Shown here: one piece after another, positions 37,901 to 47,645 of the stretch
How the letters are laid out: each line of letters begins with the position of its first letter
Numbering within the stretch: position 1 is the first letter of the stretch
Assembly: GCF_964355755.1 (NCBI RefSeq)
Contig: NC_092673.1
Location: forward strand, 9,610,001 to 9,674,000
Origin: Antedon mediterranea
Lineage: Eukaryota > Animalia > Echinodermata
Direction: 5' to 3'
Length of the DNA: 64,000 nt
Notes under the pieces: model-generated
What the model was told of the DNA's origin: nothing
The model's database searches: none
What the model saw: only the letters and a program-made list of their open reading frames with translations
Program-made: the position numbers and the translations under genes

Positions 37901-38140
37901 GCTGTACGTTAACAATGGCCGCACCTTCCCGCTATTTGTCACCGTGCTAGCACCTACGCTCTCCTTAATACTCCATATTAAAACACCAAACATAGCATAG
38001 TTCCAAAAAATATTAACTTTAAACATTGTTCACCAAACTTCCACACAAAAATTTATACTAAAACTAGTCAAAACAGCCAAAACGTTGTACATCGACACAG
38101 AGAAATTGGAAAGGCCGTGTCGCTACAGTGCAGCGCCACC
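34921..38140 (-). mobile_element. Near-full-length Rex1/Babar-like LINE (single APE-RT ORF, frameshifted)
   Basis: 5' end ggtggcgctgca. N-terminal YSREFLL..RKRGQRGGVRVRL..LPTVVFGNVQSIRNKIDEL; APE motifs VYIPPSA, MGDFN, SDHN; RT motifs LRPVALT, FVDFSSAFN, GVPQGCVLSPLLY, YADDT, FVPAAIRLYN. (ATTGA)n tail and possible caatt TSD. Confidence 0.93.
35114..38026 (-). pseudogene. Endonuclease-reverse transcriptase ORF of the Rex1/Babar-like LINE, broken into 4 ORFs
   Basis: ORFs 37616-38026, 37073-37528, 36598-36960 and 35114-36676 are collinear parts of one APE-RT protein. Confidence 0.9.
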
Positions 38141-38319
38141 AATTTATTTTGCATCCAAAACTGATAGTGGAAAGCATTGTATCCCAACCAGATTTATTCG
38201 TTTGTGGAATTCACTACCGGTCAATATTAAAGACGCCTTTGTATGCGGAAGTTGGGTACAATTTAAAAACATGTTAATGGACCTATCTTGAAAATATTCT
38301 TTTTTCCAAACCAATAATT

Positions 38320-38645
38320 AGTAAAAACTAACCTTGACAGTTTCGCTGTCCTGATCGGACAGCTTCTTCAGAAATAATGACGATCTATCATCAAACAGAC
38401 TGACCTCTAGAGGGCCTATTCTGTTTAATGACAGGGTCATACACGTGACTGAGTTGGTGGGTGCCCTCGTCTCTGTTGATGATTTGGTTTCCTCGTCTGC
38501 GGATCCAGATAGCTTCTCTGATGCGTCGGTTGTCTGTATCTGTATCATCGACAGGGAACCAGATACAAACAACCGACGCATCAGAGAAGCCATCTGGATC
38601 CGCAGACGAGGAAACCAAATCATCAACAGAGACGAGGGCACCAAT
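38320..38645 (-). mobile_element. Penelope-like element 3' fragment (GIY-YIG C-terminus and pLTR tail) with an inverted duplication
   Basis: RRIREAIWIRRRGNQIINRDEGTHQLSHVYD is typical of the PLE endonuclease C-terminus. Inverted arms of ~82 bp at 38460-38541 and 38561-38642. Confidence 0.88.
38332..38375 (-). ncRNA. Minimal type-I hammerhead ribozyme motif
   Basis: The minus strand reads auuu-CUGAAGA-a-gcugucc-gauca-ggacagc-GAAA-cug-UC-aagg: intact core, 7-bp stem II, minimal stem III and weak stem I, in the expected PLE tail position. Confidence 0.75.
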
Positions 38646-38722
38646 TTTAATCCTGTACCATATTTGTCATACATAACAACTATATCTACAGAAAAATTTA
38701 GAAGAATGATAAAATATCTTAC

Positions 38723-38774
38723 CTGCTTACAAGAAATGCTGGATCTAAAACAATATCAGGACCAACACGAACAT
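38723..38774 (-). CDS. IMP3: IMP3 internal exon, 52 nt
   Basis: Encodes (H)VRVGPDIVLDPAFLVS(R), versus human HVRVGPDVVTDPAFLVTR. Acceptor gaaag, donor GTAAGA; phases fit the neighbouring exons. Confidence 0.95.
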
Positions 38775-39036
38775 CTTTCAAGGAATTAAAAAAAAATAAC
38801 ATAAAAAGTATATAAATCATAAAGACACATTTACATCAGATATATCTGTATAATGAAATTATAATTTTAAGTCTCAATTAACACTGAGGTAGTCAAAATA
38901 TGTCATATTATACTGTATTTATACCATACTTGCAGATGCAGCAGAAACAGGCCCAAGAGTATTCGTAAACATACATTCCTGAAATGGCAACATTTCAATT
39001 TCTAGTATAAAATGGTTATTGTGTGTTAAAGGATAC
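38775..39036 (-). other. Candidate U12-type (minor spliceosome) GT-AG intron of IMP3, 262 nt
   Basis: The 5' splice site GTATCCTTT is the U12 consensus. The 3' end reads ttttttaattccttgaaag, with a branch-like TTTTTTAAT about 11-12 nt from the AG. Confidence 0.75.
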
Positions 39037-39191
39037 GACCTTGTTCAATAAACTGTACAGCCATACTGACTTCCTGTGCCATCTTAAGTTTCTTCATAAC
39101 AACTGGTAAACGTCTTCTACAAAATGATGATGCAGAAACATTATCACATAGAATCAAGCTCTGTTTGCTTGGAATAATGCCTATTCGAAAT
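39037..39191 (-). CDS. IMP3: IMP3 (U3 snoRNP protein) internal exon, 155 nt
   Basis: Encodes [51 protein letters not shown], matching the IMP3 S4-like region as I recall it (human [49 protein letters not shown]). Acceptor ttttcag, donor GTATCCTTT. Confidence 0.95.
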
Positions 39192-39929
39192 CTGAAAATA
39201 AATAGAAAGATTGATTTATAATTTGTTTTTTTAATACACACAAACTCCGTCATTGCATCAATGGCCTTTCTAAAATCAAGATTAACCAGGAATTGAGGAG
39301 TGTCTTGAAGCTGTGCCGATTTGCGGCGCCCCTGCCTTAACCCATGGAGTAAGCTTAAACGCTCAACCAGTCGACTAATATTTTGATCCATATCAAAGAA
39401 TATATGCATGTTAAAAGAAGACCGAATGCGTGCTATTTAATATAATACCATACAGAAGATAAGCTGTTGTGACATAAGATTTCTTCTGGAAAATATATAG
39501 ATTTGTGTGTGTCTCTTAATAATGCTGTTTGTGAATTAGGCTAATTTCACTACAAGCATTCTGTACATATACCTATGTACAGAATAAAATAAGGACACAC
39601 GCTGGTTCTAAAAAACTAATTATCCACTAACAATGGATTACTTTGAATAACAATACAACAGCAACGAGAAAACAAATGGGTAAATTTGAAAAGAAATAGG
39701 TTTTTTAAAACTACTCGTATCAAAAAACCTGTACATTAAATCAAATTATGTTTTGAAATTACAAATCACAATTTATAACGCTTGCCTCTTGTACAAAAAT
39801 GATGTTTTTTGGACAACTAGTTCTCGAGAAAATGCAATTTCAGTACACTTGTTACTTTAAGACTGTTCGCCGGCTTTTGAAAATTGTCTCCTATCTTTTA
39901 ACACTAGCCGGTCTGGAAATAATATCATT

Positions 39930-41291
39930 TTTAGGTGATCATTTACAATAAAATGATCACCTAATCTTCTTTATTTCTCTCTGTACAGATTTTGTGTAAC
40001 AAATATCTCAAAAAGTTTAATGTCAATGATTACCAAAATTTCACAATGTCTTTCAAATACTTTAACTTAGTTTTAATAAGCTTTTCAGCATGATCACTCA
40101 TCCGTGACGTCTCATTTATACGCCATTTTGTGAAATCACATTATCAATCATATCTCTATAATTCATTATCAAATATTAATGAAATTCACTACACGGAAAC
40201 TTCAGGTCAAGGGTAAAATTATTAGCAAATAAAAACGCACGCGCACGTAGGGTCATGCGCGTGAAATCGTGTGTTAAAAATTTTAAAAGCTAAAAATTAA
40301 GTTTTGATCAATTTAGAGCATGAATTAGGCCATTTGTGTGTTTCAAAAATTTAGTGCGGAAAAAAAAATTTTGCGCGCGCAATACTTGAAAAGCGTAACA
40401 AATACGATTTTTTTTACAAATCGCATTCTCACCATCCTTAGTACATTCACCAAATTTAAGTCCGTTCCTACTTAAAATAACGCTATACGAGCAGGTTAAA
40501 ATTGACAAAATGCGCACATTAATTGTATAAAGTGCTGAAAATGGTGAAAAATAAGGCATTTTTAAAATGAAAATAATTCTTCAGAATGCACGATGACCCT
40601 AATTTTTTTAACTTATTGTGGAAGCCAATGAGTTGTAGATATGAATTCATGTACACATTTTACGTACAAAATGTTGTGACGTCATCAAATGGCCACTTGA
40701 ATTTAAAAATTAGGTTTTTTTCTTTTTTCGTCATAGATTATCACATTTAACAGAGCGCATCTCGGTTAATTTGTGCCCGATTTTCGCTAAAATGTTAGTA
40801 TAGATTGCTCAATTAATTGACTTTCTCATGACTTGTCACTATTTTTATTTTGATGATGTCATCACGCGTAAAAACTTGAATAACGTAGGTCGTGTAATTT
40901 CACTTTCGCCGTAAATTTGAAATTTGTCACATTTTCTTCCAATTCTTATATTTATTTGCTCAATTCATTATCTTTTGAAATTGTCATCTTCGAGTTTATT
41001 TTGATAATTCCATCATACCAAAAAATTAGAACATGATGTGTGTCCCGTAATTTCACCTATGCTACACTGTATACAGTATACTGTACATATTGTATGGCAT
41101 ATAATAGGCACAACTCAACACTATAAGCATATTATAATAGGATGGAATACATCATCATTTTCCGATCGTATGTTAACATACTTGCATGTTTAAAAAAAAT
41201 TAATTTCAGTAATTAATTAATTAATTAATGTCAATAAAATGATAAAAATGTTCACCTATAATTTGTCAAAGTGACGAATTAAATTCTAGTT
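39930..41291 (+). mobile_element. HINE family B (body related to family A, different subTIR)
   Basis: 5' ttaggtgatcattt-acaata-aaatgatcacctaa; 3' aatgttcaccta plus aatttgtc-aaagt-gacgaatt and ctagtt. Confidence 0.82.
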
Positions 41292-42430
41292 GTTATTTGA
41301 AGTTATTAATAAACCAATTTTCTTGATTTTCAATAGGCATGGTCTGAAAGTATATACCTATCTACACCAAAAAATACAAACAAAGTAAATACTATACTTG
41401 GCAAACTACATATATCTTATTGCCGATATGGATAGGAAGTACCTGGTTTTAAAAAAAAAAAAGGATTTTAGTAAATGTGGAAAAACGATTGTATTCATCG
41501 TTTTTTCCATGATTTGAGAATAAGGAGATTCCCGGTCAGCAAAAACATGTAGCAGTTGTAGATGATCGAAACCATAGTGCCATAGAAGGCACAGCTACTT
41601 TGGTTTCAGGTGTTGTTGTCTAATGCATGATACTTTGGAAATAGATAGTATGTGGATACAGCACTGGGAATCGAGTGGTATTTTGACATACACAACTAAT
41701 AATTAAGCCTACAATGTCTAAATGTTTATTGTAATACTAATAATTTGTTAATAAATGGAGATATGATGCCGTAGAACTGCAGACGTAGAAAGCACAGTAT
41801 CGGATATGAACTTTGTTTTTATTTTTAATGTCTGGCCTTTCCTAAATATAATACTATTATTGTATATTTATAACATTATTATTTTGCACTGCTGCGGGGC
41901 CCCTCGTGTTCCGGCGAGCACTGGCAAAGGTCTGAGGACCCTGGTTTAGGAGCACTTTGTGGATATGAACGCTTTATAAATCTTATTATCTTATCTCTGG
42001 AGCTTTTAGCCTTTTTTGACATATTTTAAAGCCTTTTCCCTTCCCGGCCCTGCTCAGGGCCCCTACAAGCTCAGGATTCAACTTCAGCATACCCTTGTAT
42101 GCAGCATTAATTGCACGAAAATCTTCTGAAGTGTTAATATTAACTTTACGGCATACTTCACAGCCTGCACTGACTTCTTTGTGTACAGGGTACGTGTCAG
42201 TCTTCTGTTAAAGTGACGGCGCATAGTTTAATTCCGACTGCCTTTCGCTAACAGACCTGAAGACGGCCTCACGATGACAGAAAACAAAAAAAAGGTGAAC
42301 GTACATTACAGCCATTCATTATCACCATTAGATATCACTTTTCCATGAGATAGGGCTAATTCTAAATGACACATGATGTGTAATTAACCAATCAAATTGC
42401 AAGAATTCAATCAGGTGTGTTATATTAAAA

Positions 42431-42882
42431 ACTAGAGGGTACTCCGAGAGTACAAACCTCCGCCTACTGTAAAATTCCCCTACATAAAATGCCCCCTGAA
42501 TATTTTTTTTTTACATTTTTTTTATTAGTTCTTAGTGTAAATATGCTAACTGCACACTACAAAGTTGTGGATGACAGTGTGGTGTAATGGTTATGTATCC
42601 AGCCTCTCACAGTTGAGATCGCTGGTTTAAGTCCCACTGAGGGTTTTTTTTTTAATTATTTTTTTATTTCTTTTTTTTTTGTTAGTTGTGACCTTGACCT
42701 ATGACCTTTTCCCCTCAAATTCGAACTCGTCCGAGCTTTTGGGGCATAGATCATTGTTGCCAAATTTGGTGAGAATCGAATAAAAACTGTGGCCTCCAGG
42801 CTGTTCACAGACTCACACACACACAAACACACACACACATACAGGGGTGAAAATATAACCTCCTTGGCGGAGGTAACTAATA
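42431..42882 (-). mobile_element. HINE family C with a (TG)n microsatellite and an embedded tRNA-like segment
   Basis: The minus strand starts ttagttacctccgccaaggaggttat, has a (TG)n tract and ends ggcggaggttt-gtactctcggagtac-cctctagtt. Confidence 0.85.
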
Positions 42883-44513
42883 AACAAATTGTTTGAACAA
42901 AAAACAGATTTTTCCCTTTGGGCAACACAGTTTTTAAAGTCACTTGCACTTTGTTCACTGTAACATTAACAATAACAATAGCTTTAGGGCTTTTTAAAAC
43001 CAGCAACTGCACTTTAAAATATTTAACTTACTGACTAACTAACTAACTGAACTTTTCATACATTTTATTTATTATTAGTGTACTACAACTACTAGTGTAC
43101 TATATTTTGTTTGTTTTACATCAAATGTAATTGATTGAATTATCCTTATTTCAATTATCATATCCATTTTTTACAGAATACACTGCATCTTAATCAAACA
43201 GACACCAGGTTATTTGCATATAATAAACAGATGAAATATGGACCCACCTGCCAGAAACAATCATAAGAGCTGCAACTTGAGAAAATCTCAATATCAAAAT
43301 AATCAAAAACAACTTTAGCTTTCATATCATATCAAACTCAACCACTATAGTCTTGAGTCGGCAAGTCCTGTTGATCAAAATGTAATCAAAATCTCCCCAG
43401 GCATAAGACACACAGTGAGGGTTTGGTGTCGGCTACCCCACGGGTCGGGTCGTAATCATTGTTTGGCAGGTCAATGTATCAGACGCGTCTTGGTGTTCTT
43501 ACAATAGGGCCCTCAACCTCAAGTTCATAGTACAATCACTTGAAGAAACTATCAACAAGTTATCAATGACATGCCCTTAAGGATTATGGTGATTTAAACA
43601 AAACCTTTTAGATGGTGTGATCATAAATTATATTTAGTGGACTATATAAATTATCTATTATTCCTTAATTATTTATTTAAATCAAATTAAGTAACAAAAG
43701 GGGGGGGGGGGGGTTTAAAAGTTAATTCATCACTTTGCCTATATATGTATACTTTCTTTTTTTTTAGTTACAGTGTAATTGTCTTTACATCCTGCATTCA
43801 TATCTTCAAATCCTGTTTCCTCTAGCATAAAGCTAATGATGAAAACAGATTATTTGTAGTTTCCTATTACAAGTTACTTTCACTAATGATGTCAGGGCCT
43901 CAAATTATAGTAGTAGCAGACCAAATGCTAGTGAGGAACACTGCTGGATGTTCAAAATGAAATTGACACAGATATCTTTGGTTAAATATTGAAAAGTTTT
44001 TAATATGAATATTGAAAATATAGATATAAATAAATACTACTACTTTCTACCTAGAAATGTTCATTATCAATAAAAGCAATTTCACAGTATCTTACAAAAA
44101 ACAAAAGTTATACTCCGGTAAACGCACGTTTTTTCTTCCTATCTAATTAGTGCATTTGGTACCTCCTGTAAGCGGCCGCTGCCACCCTTTTAACTAAAAA
44201 TTAGATTTTTTGTTTGGTAAATTAAACTGGTCACCGGAAAAAATTCTTATGACTTTTGATGACTGCAAATAGAAAAAGGAAATTTTTTAAACTTTTGTAA
44301 TGACATAGATTCCAACTGTCCAACTTTCTGCGGGACTGATTTTATGTATTGGAAATGAATAAAACTAATAAAATTATTGTTGTCTAGAGTTATCAATATC
44401 ACTTTGTGTGGTAACAAATTAATAAAGTTTTGGGTCAGCAGCTACGAAATACTTTTCAGGAGACACATTGGCTACCAAAAGTTCTTCCTATCATTTTAAA
44501 ATACAACTACTCT

Positions 44514-45318
44514 CAGGGCCGTATGCAGCATTTGCAAAATTTGCGCTATTTGACGTTCTAAAGACTGATTTAAGACTCTTTGTTGTGGCTTGGGCTAGTT
44601 GAACGATGGACACCAGAACTTAACACCTTAACAAACAGACACTCTGACCGATTGCAGAAAATTAATTTCAACAAGAAAATGGGCCTTACCGTGATTTTTT
44701 TTAATAGAAGACAACAAAATGACAAATTCTTAATTAAATTGTGTTCGTAATTGACAATGATTTATTTATTTCACAGTGTGCGCCGGGGATTTCGTGAGGA
44801 ATCTGCCACGTGTGCCGCTGAGGAAAATATCTATCGTATTTAATATTTTTTGGCAAGCGTGCCATTTTCCTCAAGTGTGCGTCGAACGTGAGCTTCCTGC
44901 TCACTAAAAAATTCCACTGCGCATGACATGTTCTGATTTATTATGATATTTCAGCGTGTGCTGTATAGCGTAGTAGGTAATTATCCAATCAGAAAATCGC
45001 GTACTGAAGGCGTTTAGTGTGCGTTTGATAGATCATAGTTTGCGGCAAATTTTTTTGTGAGCCAAGTGTTACTCGTGCCAGTCGGCTCAGCCGAAAGCTC
45101 TAGTGTCTGTATTTCCAGCAAACACTTTACCGCGTACCGCGTACATAAAGCACTAAGCTATTGCTTGTCGTCACATGATCGATCGACTGCGCATGTTTCA
45201 CATCCAGTTTGTAGTCAGTTCAGATTCCGTAATTTAATTACCGGTATTTTTTCATTTTATATTAAAAAATTGGTGCAGACGCACCCAACGCACCCCCCCC
45301 CCCCTGGATACGGGCCTG
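44514..45318. mobile_element. hAT-like MITE with a 5-bp TSD (ACTCT)
   Basis: ACTCT|cagggccgtatgcag ... ctggatacgggcctg|ACTCT. Confidence 0.75.
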
Positions 45319-45844
45319 ACTCTTTTGAATGATTGTTACAATGCCAGTCTGATGTTTTGTTTATTTTTTGTGGTCCACACATCTGAAAATGATACGGCCT
45401 GGTGGCCTGGTCAGCAATGCTAAATATTTCCAGTAATTGTTTTCCAGTTTATGTATGTCCACGAGAGACTATACAATTGTTTTATTTTAAAATGTCGGAA
45501 ACTGGAAAAAAAATGTCACAAAAAAAAGGAAAAAATCCAGGAATAAACCTATGATGACAAAATTGTTTTCTTTCAGATTTGGAAAAAAGGTAATTTTATA
45601 ACCATATATTATGTTAAATGATCAAATTGATAAACAAAAAATGGCAGGGCCAACCCTGAGTGAGTCGTACGCATCGTAATCTAACAAGATTACCATGACT
45701 ATCCCCGATGATTTATGCGTTGAGAGCTGAGGAACACACCGACTCATAATACGCTTAGATTTGTTAAAGCCGGTTCAATAATAACAGGGCCTATACAAAA
45801 CAATTATTAATGAAAGCAAGTTCAGGCAATTACTCAGTTTCTCA

Positions 45845-46269
45845 ATTAGAGTAAGGCAAGTTCATCCGCACACTTTTACATCTGGTACCTTGTTTCAAGT
45901 TTATTTTATTTTATTTATATTAATACAATTAAACATTATAAATAATTATTATTTAGGTGATAATGATGAAGTTGGAAGTGTAGAACAATTTTATTTAATT
46001 TATTTTTTTAATGATTTTTTTAGGATTAACAATAGTAAATTAATCACTGTCCTATCTGATGGTGGTAATCCCCCTAATACAGAGGCAATTTTATGAATTA
46101 GTTCACCGCAGAAACCTCCTACTCTTCTCGAATAATGAACTGGGTTCTTATCCGAGAAGACCTTACACCACCAGAACTAGGAGCGAGTAGGCCTCGAACC
46201 CATGCCGATGTTGTTGGCTCTTTAGGTATGGTAAACGGCGCCTCTGTCTTAACCGCTCTGCCATCTGAC
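45845..46269 (-). mobile_element. tRNA-derived SINE with a possible Deu-like core and L2-like tail
   Basis: A box in gtcagatggcagagcggttaag and B box gggttcgaggcc, then ggtcttctcggataagaac...gagaagagtaggagg, and tail tgtaaaagtgtgcgg. Confidence 0.65.
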
Positions 46270-46779
46270 TCGTAAGACTCTGGAAATATATTTGATGTAT
46301 CCAGTGGTAAGTGGTTATAACTTTTTTTTATCTTACGATACTACCACTGGGCCAGATCCAAGAATTTTAATGGTTGAGAGAAGCAAGCATTAGTCTGGGG
46401 CCCCGCGACCTTGCATTGTAATTTTCTACATTTTTCCCCGTTTTTTTTTCTTTTCCCCTTTTCAAAAGTTGAAGGAGGGTTGCAATCCAAAATTCTAAAC
46501 CATAATCTGTCCACAACAACAAAACAATACTGTCTTTTGGATTGAACAAAATGGATTTCCTTTCAATCTAAATATTTCAGAATCAAGATCGGCTCAAATT
46601 TCAACTACTGATGATGTGATAGAAGAGATTAGGTCTACTGCAAGCAATAGTAATAATGAAGAGGTAGATATGATTATCTGGATTGGTTGCTGAACCCGAA
46701 GTATGCGGTGCAATAAAAGCTACTAATACTGAGGTTGAACAACCTCTTGAACTGTTCCAAGGAACATATTCATCATTTG

Positions 46780-47350
46780 ATGATAAACCACCGAAAAAAA
46801 AACAACAAAAACTATCACAAACTTTTCCCTTCTGTCAAAGGGCACCTTTATAAATTCATTGTGATATGTGTAATACAACATTTCCTGCGGCCATGGCTGA
46901 CTTGATGACGTAAAAAGACATGTGAGCACAAAAGTAATTAGCGTGAACACGAACACATTTGGTAATGACCAAATTTTTAGATATCAATTTCCTTCAGGGC
47001 AGCCATGCTTCAACGGCAGAAACTACGTTTACTAGTATAGGTGTACTGACGCAACCTGGTACTTTTGCATCGGTCTGGGCATGAACAATACCAACACCAA
47101 TATGGATTACACTATTCGATTAAATCACGACCTCCACAGAAAAACAAGGATATAATAGTAACCAGTTGTCCTTGCAATATTCTGCACAACGCTACTTCAG
47201 AAGCCGGATCTTCATTTGCAGATGTATGCGGTTTTGATGTTGAAGACCATGCCACCAAATTATTTTACTGGTTCCAAAGGTCAAGTAAACGGAAGAGTAT
47301 GTTGAAAGAATACCAAGAGTTCTGTTCCATGGAATATGAAGACAAAATTA
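46780..47350 (+). pseudogene. Decayed hAT-type transposase fragments
   Basis: BED-finger-like remnant (HCDMCNTTF..GHG..DDVKRHV across frameshifts) and CPCNILHNA..FDVED..LFYWFQRSSKRKSMLKEYQEFC. Confidence 0.75.
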
Positions 47351-47579
47351 AATTACCTAGTTGGAGAATTTATAGGCCCGCTGCGTTAAGAACTCCGAAA
47401 AATATCATGTTTTGGACCTCTATCGACAGCAAAGGACTGTGCAAAGAAAACAAAGATTTAATAAACAATAATAATATATACCAGACTACTCAAATAGGAA
47501 AGATAAACATTTGGACAAGGACTTTTAAAGATATTTGTAAACTTGGGAGCCGAGATAATTGGTCAGATGTTTGCCTTAC

Positions 47580-47645
47580 TCTCTGACCGTGGCCTATGGT
47601 GGTAAGCCAGTCTAGTGATCTGGAGGTCGTGGGTTCGAGTCACAA
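47580..47645 (+). other. Degenerate tRNA-like head (SINE remnant)
   Basis: gaccgtggcctatggtggtaag (A box-like) ... ggtcgtgggttcgagtc (B box); no complete cloverleaf. Confidence 0.5.

Noticed and set aside
38930-38978. 49-nt cassette exon (ttcag/.../gtatgg) inside the U12-type intron
   Set aside because: IMP3 aligns without it, inclusion would shift the frame, and the peptide is not IMP3-like. It would need RNA evidence.
39192-39409. N-terminal part of the 127-aa ORF 39026-39409
   Set aside because: It is intronic read-through upstream of a clear acceptor and does not resemble the IMP3 N-terminus.
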